From an uncultured Nitrososphaerota archaeon (lineage in GTDB: Archaea; Thermoproteota; Nitrososphaeria; Nitrososphaerales; Gagatemarchaeaceae): a DNA stretch of 64,000 nucleotides. Below are positions 58,465-64,000 of this stretch, piece by piece. The stretch spans positions 768,001 to 832,000 of the forward strand of contig CAVRAG010000008.1 of the NCBI GenBank assembly GCA_963718895.1. The letters run 5' to 3'. The position numbers were made by a program, and so were the translations under genes. The notes beneath the pieces were generated by a model. The model was not told the origin of the DNA. It worked only from the letters and a program-made list of their open reading frames with translations, and did no database searches. The first letter of the stretch is position 1, and every line of letters starts with the position of its first letter.

Positions 58465-58630
58465 GGGTTCGACTTGCGACCCTGAGTGATTTAAGACTTC
58501 GGCGCGATTCGCGGGCCTGGTCATCTGTGAGGGCATGACCGTCCAACTCGATCCCCAACCAGGGCAACGCGCTCTGTCGGCTTGCCGTGCCCAGTCGCCG
58601 GGTGGGAGAGCGAACGGCTTGTCGGCTGAC

Positions 58631-59176
58631 CTACCTGATTCCTGTGTCGACGCTGACGTTCACGACCAACTGCTGTCCGGCTTCGACTACGACGGACTTT
58701 GGAAATGCGGAGGGACAGCCGACCCAGTTGCACGAAGGGGAGAGGCCTGTTATCGTGTAGGTTCCGGGCGCGAGCAGGATGGAATAGTGACCGCTCGGCG
58801 CGATCTGCGCTCCGTAGGTCTGCCCTTGGCAAGGCGAAGAGGAGACGCCGCTCGTTCCTCCGCATGCCGAGGCAAACTCCAGGCTGTAGCCTGTGAGGTC
58901 TTCCGTGCATGACGATTGGTTCGCACTGCAGGTCGGTTGGGAAGGTCCGACGGTCACGTAGCCGGCTACAATTCCCTGTATCGTGGATTGCAACGTGGAC
59001 GAGGAAGATGAACTCGAAGTCGTCGAATGACCGGTGCCAGCGACCGCGACGTAGTAGAACAGCGACGCGGCGAGAATTATGGCGACGACCACAACAACGA
59101 TCAAGATGGACCTGCCAAGAGCGATGCGATGGCTCCTCTCCACTCCTTCAGGTTTCGATGGAACTTCCCGATTCAA
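58631..59176 (-). CDS. Membrane-anchored protein with carboxypeptidase-regulatory-like (prealbumin-fold) domain
   Basis: TM, S-rich linker, VTVGP..P.C...GHYSILLAPGTY...VDTGIR. Confidence 0.75.
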   Translation of the reverse strand: MNREVPSKPEGVERSHRIALGRSILIVVVVVAIILAASLFYYVAVAGTGHSTTSSSSSSSTLQSTIQGIVAGYVTVGPSQPTCSANQSSCTEDLTGYSLEFASACGGTSGVSSSPCQGQTYGAQIAPSGHYSILLAPGTYTITGLSPSCNWVGCPSAFPKSVVVEAGQQLVVNVSVDTGIR

Positions 59177-59289
59177 GCCACGACATCAGGGATTCGAAGG
59201 CGCCAAATTTAATCCCGGGAGACGATTCTCATGGACTGAGAAGGGTCATTGGCAGACCTTCACCTTGGTCGCGGCGACTGGCTCAAGCG

Positions 59290-59540
59290 TCGAGACGCGC
59301 AAGAGCAGAGAGGACGCCGAAGAGAAGGAGGAGAGCTTGAGGAGCTATGGCGTGAAGGTTGTCCCCGTGGACGCGGTCTCGCCGCTCTGGAAGAGAGCAG
59401 CCTCCCTGAAGGCGGGGCTCAGCGTGTCGCTGGCTGACGCATTCGCGGCGACGACCGCGCTGGAGCTCCGCGCCAAGCTAGTGACGGGGGCGGATGTGGA
59501 CTTCGATGGCGTACGCGCTCTGCAGGTGGAGAGGGTGTAG
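59290..59540 (+). pseudogene. C-terminal remnant of a PIN/VapC toxin
   Basis: AASLKAGLSVSLADAFAATTALE..AKLVTG.D.DF; N-terminus missing. Confidence 0.7.
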
Positions 59541-59664
59541 ACCTGCCGCCCAGGTACCTGTGACTTGTTGGGTGTCGGCTTCGCCCTTCTCGCCCAGAAC
59601 GCAACCTCAGACCTCTCAAGAACTCCTAAAAGTTTAACATAGACGTTCACTCCCACTGGACACA

Positions 59665-60630
59665 TTGGCGCCAAGAAAAGGCAGTGAGTCCGACACCGCA
59701 GCGAAGAGTTTGATCGGTCCGGAAATCCTTAAGCGGGTGGCGACCGTAAACGCGATAGAGGCGGAACTCAGGTCGCTCAGTCGCTTGGTTGGCGCGGCCG
59801 GCCAGAAGAACGCCCCGGTCGGGGACATGTCGTCCCGCCGGGGTGAGCTGATCCAGAAGCTGCGAAAGGAACAGTCGAAGAGCGCTTTCAGGCGCACCCT
59901 CGAAGCGAGACGGGCCTCCAACCCAAACATCCAGAGCGCTCTCAACAGCATCTCGCAGCTGCTTGGTTGGTGCAACACGCTGGCGGTGCCCGTGATGGCT
60001 GAGGGAATCAACCAGACTCCAGGGATAGCGGGAACCCAGGGGGAAATCGGGACTGCTGGGATCTTTGGGGGTGGCGTGGCTTTCGGGGGCACGCCTGAGG
60101 ACGATGGCACGCACGACCCCAACACCGAGAAGTGGTGGATCCACAACTGGAACTCCACGGCCGTGTTCCCTGCGGCAGCCTCGGACGGGACGATCTCCTA
60201 CAAGTTTGGGATAAGCAACGAGACGGATATCTATCAAGCCTACGGGAACTCTGGGAGCGTCACCGTCTTCGTCACGGTCGGGACGACGGGCGACGTGAAT
60301 CAGCCCATCTCCAACTGGCAGACGGTCGGATGGCCCACAGACATCCCCTTGCCTCAGGGGCACTACTACGGCGGAGGGGGCTTCCCCGTCACGGGGACCA
60401 TACCCGTCAAGGGCGGGAAGAGCGCCGCGCTCGGCTTGATCTTCGGTGCGATAGTGAGCGTGGCGAGCGGACTGTGCATGTTCCTTCCGACCTCTAACAT
60501 ATGGACGGGCATCATTCGCCCTCCGGGGCAGCAGAGCCAGCCCGGGGACTACGGAAAGATCGAGTACTGCTTCAACCCCACGTGGTGGTACCACGCACTG
60601 GAGCAGAGGATGCTCATTCCGCAGGAATAG
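59665..60630 (+). CDS. Hypothetical protein: basic helical N-terminus plus Gly/aromatic beta-rich domain
   Basis: 321-aa ORF with TTTAA box upstream; GC hairpin CCGCGGC-gtgg-GCCGCGG at 60655-60672 downstream. Confidence 0.75.
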   Translation: MAPRKGSESDTAAKSLIGPEILKRVATVNAIEAELRSLSRLVGAAGQKNAPVGDMSSRRGELIQKLRKEQSKSAFRRTLEARRASNPNIQSALNSISQLLGWCNTLAVPVMAEGINQTPGIAGTQGEIGTAGIFGGGVAFGGTPEDDGTHDPNTEKWWIHNWNSTAVFPAAASDGTISYKFGISNETDIYQAYGNSGSVTVFVTVGTTGDVNQPISNWQTVGWPTDIPLPQGHYYGGGGFPVTGTIPVKGGKSAALGLIFGAIVSVASGLCMFLPTSNIWTGIIRPPGQQSQPGDYGKIEYCFNPTWWYHALEQRMLIPQE

Positions 60631-60787
60631 CCGTCTTCTGCATCTTTCGACGCGCCGCGGCGTGGGCCGCGGATGTTCACGGCTCAGTCCTCAGCGCTAT
60701 CTCTCCATTCTTCCCAAGAGCTTAACGTGCATTCATCACAGCCGCGAAGCCGCTGCGCAGGGCGTTTCAACCCATGGTCGTCCCAGT

Positions 60788-61186
60788 TTACATCTCTTCG
60801 TGGATGCGCTCCGCTTCGACTCTTATCAGTATTCGCGGGTCCTTTGGTTTTCGATCCTCGTAAGGGTATTTTGGTTTCCCAAGGTACTTCATACTCATCT
60901 TGTCGATGTGCTCTTCCGCCCCCTCCTCCGTGATCTCGATGGCCTTTCCCCGTATCGAGACGTTCGAGTACGGGTTGTCCTGGTCAAAGATGGTAATCGC
61001 GACTCGCCGATCTCTCCTGAGGTTCTTGGTGCGCTGTCTGCTTCTGGTCGTGTTGAGTATGATGGTGTCTCCTTCACGGTCTATCCAGAGAGGTGCCACC
61101 TGGGGCGAGCCGTCCTGCATCAACGTTGCCACGCTCCCGAAGTTCTTTCCGTCGATGAGCTCCTTCGCCCTGGTTGACAATCTCAT
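60788..61186 (-). CDS. PPOX-class F420-dependent oxidoreductase
   Basis: VATLMQDGSPQVAPLW, KNLRRDRRVAI, HIDKMSMKY, RILIRV. Confidence 0.92.
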   Translation of the reverse strand: MRLSTRAKELIDGKNFGSVATLMQDGSPQVAPLWIDREGDTIILNTTRSRQRTKNLRRDRRVAITIFDQDNPYSNVSIRGKAIEITEEGAEEHIDKMSMKYLGKPKYPYEDRKPKDPRILIRVEAERIHEEM

Positions 61187-62011
61187 GGCGGCCCTGGTGT
61201 GGGATGTTGCTAAAATCAGTTGAATGAGTCGGAACTCTCACATCCACGTTTCCTGGGTGCCTGTCATTGGCTTGTTGTGGACTTGCCGCACTGCGGGCGA
61301 ATCTGGTCACGGATGCCTTGAAGGAATTCCATGATCCCCATGCCATTCGAGTCTCTGTCCGAGATCTTCGCTAACCCGTCGCACGGTGAGCGCCTACACT
61401 GCTTCCTCGCTCGATCGCCTCAGCTAACTGCGCCCCGTGACAGACCGCGGAGAGACGCGCCTTCTCTCATGAAAGGGCTTTCCTAAGAGTACTCCAGTCG
61501 ACGTATCAGCGCTTGTCCGCTTCTCCCCCAGAGGTCGACAACCTCGGTCGACGAGGCGTCGGGTCGGGCAGGGGCTGGAGCGAGCTATGCGCCTTCCGCG
61601 CGACGAGAGCCTGGCTTGCTGCGTAGGCACAGAAGGGCCCTGGGGTGGTTGGGCGCCGGGACCTACGGATGGCTTATGCTCTGTGCAATCTCGTAAGGGG
61701 TGACGCAGTCGACCTCGGTGAGCTCGCACGGGATCCAGCCTGGCACGCCCCATCCATCGCGCTCCTCATCGGGCCGGCCGGTTCGATGTTCTACCTCGCG
61801 CAGTTGATAACCTATGGAAGCGTCCACGTCTGCGGAACCTTCGCCTCGCCCTGCGCGTGGCCCAACACTTGGCCTGGACCGCGCCCCCTTCCGGTCGCAG
61901 TTTCGGGGTCGGCCCGTCTCCGGCGCCCGCTTCATGAGTGGGTTTTCTTGATTCCCGGGTTCAAACGATTAGGCTACGTCACCTTTATCGCCATGACGAC
62001 GATGGAGACTC

Positions 62012-62227
62012 ATGACCGAAGCATTCTGCATGAAGGAGAAAACGAAGCGTGAGATGAACGGAGTGTCCGAGGTTCAGATGAGGAACGGCCGAAGGGCTCT
62101 CCAGGGGACGTGCCCGAGCTGCGGGACCAAGCTCTTCAGGATCGTGGGTAAGGCGAATCAGGCCGCGCCCCTGATCGTGTTCACTGCCCCTCGCGACGAG
62201 CTAACCACCGTTCAAACGACATTCTAG
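62012..62227 (+). CDS. DUF5679 small zinc-ribbon-like protein
   Basis: AFCMKEK.KREM...MRNGR.ALQGTCPSCGTKLFRI. Confidence 0.85.
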   Translation: MTEAFCMKEKTKREMNGVSEVQMRNGRRALQGTCPSCGTKLFRIVGKANQAAPLIVFTAPRDELTTVQTTF

Positions 62228-62370
62228 CCAGCCGACGGCCTGCGGCGATCTCTGCCAAGTCCAGCGGGTAGTCACTGCGCGAGGAAGCAGGACCGTACTG
62301 ACTCTCAAAATGCCTCTGAGGCTCGCGCTGATTCTCGATTCCCGGGAAGGTTCCGCCGCGGAGGTTGCCT

Positions 62371-62505
62371 TCAGACTCGCATGAAGAAGTTGTCGCCGCT
62401 CGTGAGCGCCTGCGGGCTTCGCTTGTGCGTCGTTCCACAGCGCCTGATGTGCCTCGCGTAGTTCTTCGAGCTGATCAGCTTGTGGCACTTCGGACAGATT
62501 GGCAT
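62371..62505 (-). CDS. C2HC-type zinc-finger microprotein (44 aa)
   Basis: MPICPKCHKLISSKNYARHIRRC. Confidence 0.65.
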   Translation of the reverse strand: MPICPKCHKLISSKNYARHIRRCGTTHKRSPQALTSGDNFFMRV

Positions 62506-62692
62506 CGTCCGAACGCTCTCTCCCTTCCTATTACGCGTTTCGCGTAGGTCTCTCCGGCAGGACCGTGGTTTCCTGGCCGACCCGCATCGAGCCGGCCCTA
62601 CCGGTCCAGCCTCGGGACTCCCGGAGGCCGGGTGCCCGTTCCGCCTCCCTCCCAGAGACATATTAGCTGCGTCATCCTTGCGGACGGTGAGG

Positions 62693-63595
62693 ATGAGCGC
62701 CGTGGTCGCCTCGGCCGGTCACATGAGACGCAGGGTATTCGAGTTCATACTGATCCTCCTCGCCGCCCTGGCGGCGGCGCTCGTGGTGCGCTACCTGTCC
62801 GACCGCGGAGAGATCTCAGGAGGCTATGTCCCGCCGATCAACGCGGTCATAGTCCTCGTGGGGGGCTACCTGGCGATCAGGGCCGTCACCCGGGTGATCG
62901 GGCGTGTCGCCGAGCCGGCGTTCGGGATGACGCGCACGAGGGGGCTCGAGAACGTGTTCCAGGTGCTCGCCTGGATTGTCGTCTTCGTCTTCGTTTTCGC
63001 CGTGTTCGGCTTCAACCTCACGGCGGCCCTGATCGGGGCGGGCTTCCTCGGGATCGTCCTCGGCCTCGCGGCCCAGCAGGTCCTGGGCAACATATTCGCG
63101 GGCCTCTCGATGCTCGCCTCGAAGCCTTTCGAGATAGGCGACCGGGTAAAGCTGGCGACCTCATCCTACGGGCTGACCGGGTCGACCTACTCGCACGAGA
63201 GCGAGACCAGCGGCTTCACAGGGGTGGTTCAGGACGTCGGAATCTTCTTCACCCGTGTCCAGCTGGACAACGGGATCCCTGCGGTCTTCCCAAACTCGGT
63301 GGTCATCGGGGCCCTGATTCTGAACTACTCCCGGATCACCCTGCGAACGGTCAGGGTGAGGATGGACCTGGACAGGAAGACCGACTTCGACAGGTTCAGG
63401 GAAGGGCTCCTCGGATCCCTGAAGAAGCATGACGAGATTGACGGGCAGAGGTCGAGCGTGGAGATTGTGGGTCTCGGGGCCACCACCTACGAGGTCGTCA
63501 TCGAGGTCTGGACGAAGAGCGAGGTCGACGAGCCCATCAGGACGCTCGTGATACGGGAAGGCATGAAGCTTCAGGGAGACGTCTCAGGGGCCTAG
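62693..63595 (+). CDS. Small-conductance mechanosensitive channel (MscS family)
   Basis: LGLAAQQVLGNIFAG..KPFEIGD, G.V.DVG, FPNS. Confidence 0.92.
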   Translation: MSAVVASAGHMRRRVFEFILILLAALAAALVVRYLSDRGEISGGYVPPINAVIVLVGGYLAIRAVTRVIGRVAEPAFGMTRTRGLENVFQVLAWIVVFVFVFAVFGFNLTAALIGAGFLGIVLGLAAQQVLGNIFAGLSMLASKPFEIGDRVKLATSSYGLTGSTYSHESETSGFTGVVQDVGIFFTRVQLDNGIPAVFPNSVVIGALILNYSRITLRTVRVRMDLDRKTDFDRFREGLLGSLKKHDEIDGQRSSVEIVGLGATTYEVVIEVWTKSEVDEPIRTLVIREGMKLQGDVSGA

Positions 63596-63659
63596 GACTC
63601 GTTGCAGGACCGCACCCCGCGGCGGACATCCCTGGCGACCCCGCGCACGTCGAGGCAGT

Positions 63660-63944
63660 CTAACTTCCGCTTGCGCGCTCCTTCTCCCTGAGTTCTGTCC
63701 ATTCGTGGCCGCAGTTCTTGCACTTGAACTTGTACTCGTACGTAAGATCGTCCACTTCCGTCTCCCTGCCGAAAGACCCGGGCACGCGTCGGCTGAATGG
63801 AACGAGATTGTCCAGCCCCTCTTCTATTTTCTCCGGCACACTCTCCTTGATGTCCTCCGCCTTTTCATCATCGATCAGCTGCGCGCTCTCTTCGGTCACG
63901 ACGCTGAAGAGGTGATGACAGTTTGGGCACTCTATCTTCCACAT
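63660..63944 (-). CDS. Small zinc-ribbon protein
   Basis: CPNCHH ... FKCKNCGHEW; TAAAT box upstream. Confidence 0.7.
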   Translation of the reverse strand: MWKIECPNCHHLFSVVTEESAQLIDDEKAEDIKESVPEKIEEGLDNLVPFSRRVPGSFGRETEVDDLTYEYKFKCKNCGHEWTELREKERASGS

Positions 63945-64000
63945 ATCGCGACTGGGACTCCGAGCAGGACGTGCGATTTATGGATTTGCCGTGGGCCCCG

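Noticed and set aside
61200-62000. ORFs 61424-61753, 61645-62052 and 61663-61935
   Set aside because: No recognisable motifs or promoter; probably decayed sequence.

Overview
High-GC archaeal chromosomal segment. It is most consistent with a non-ammonia-oxidising Nitrososphaerota/TACK lineage, judging by a thaumarchaeal-type ESCRT-III/CdvB paralogue, F420-dependent enzymes, a PEF-CTERM surface protein, TATA boxes about 25 nt before leaderless starts and frequent TTG starts; this placement is an inference. It is an accessory region with about 75 genes and gene remnants, and I found no rRNA, tRNA, CRISPR or transposase. Main points: (1) an arsenic cluster (arsM, two arsC, aquaporin) with a tiny Cys-rich wHTH gene and a shared AGTCAATAA motif before all four transcription units; (2) isolated phage-tail/contractile-injection-like parts, namely an orphan gp19-type tail tube with a coupled partner and a Gly-rich fibre with a Peptidase_G2-like chaperone plus an FN3-like partner, together with two signal-less beta-rich orphans; (3) a ubiquitin-like (MoaD/SAMP) plus BNR beta-propeller operon beside a DyP peroxidase; (4) two class III cyclase-TolB-TPR proteins; (5) several +1 frameshifts, many next to GATC and probably assembly errors, plus candidate ATT/ATA/ACG start codons. 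All family calls are from motif recognition by eye, not from database searches.
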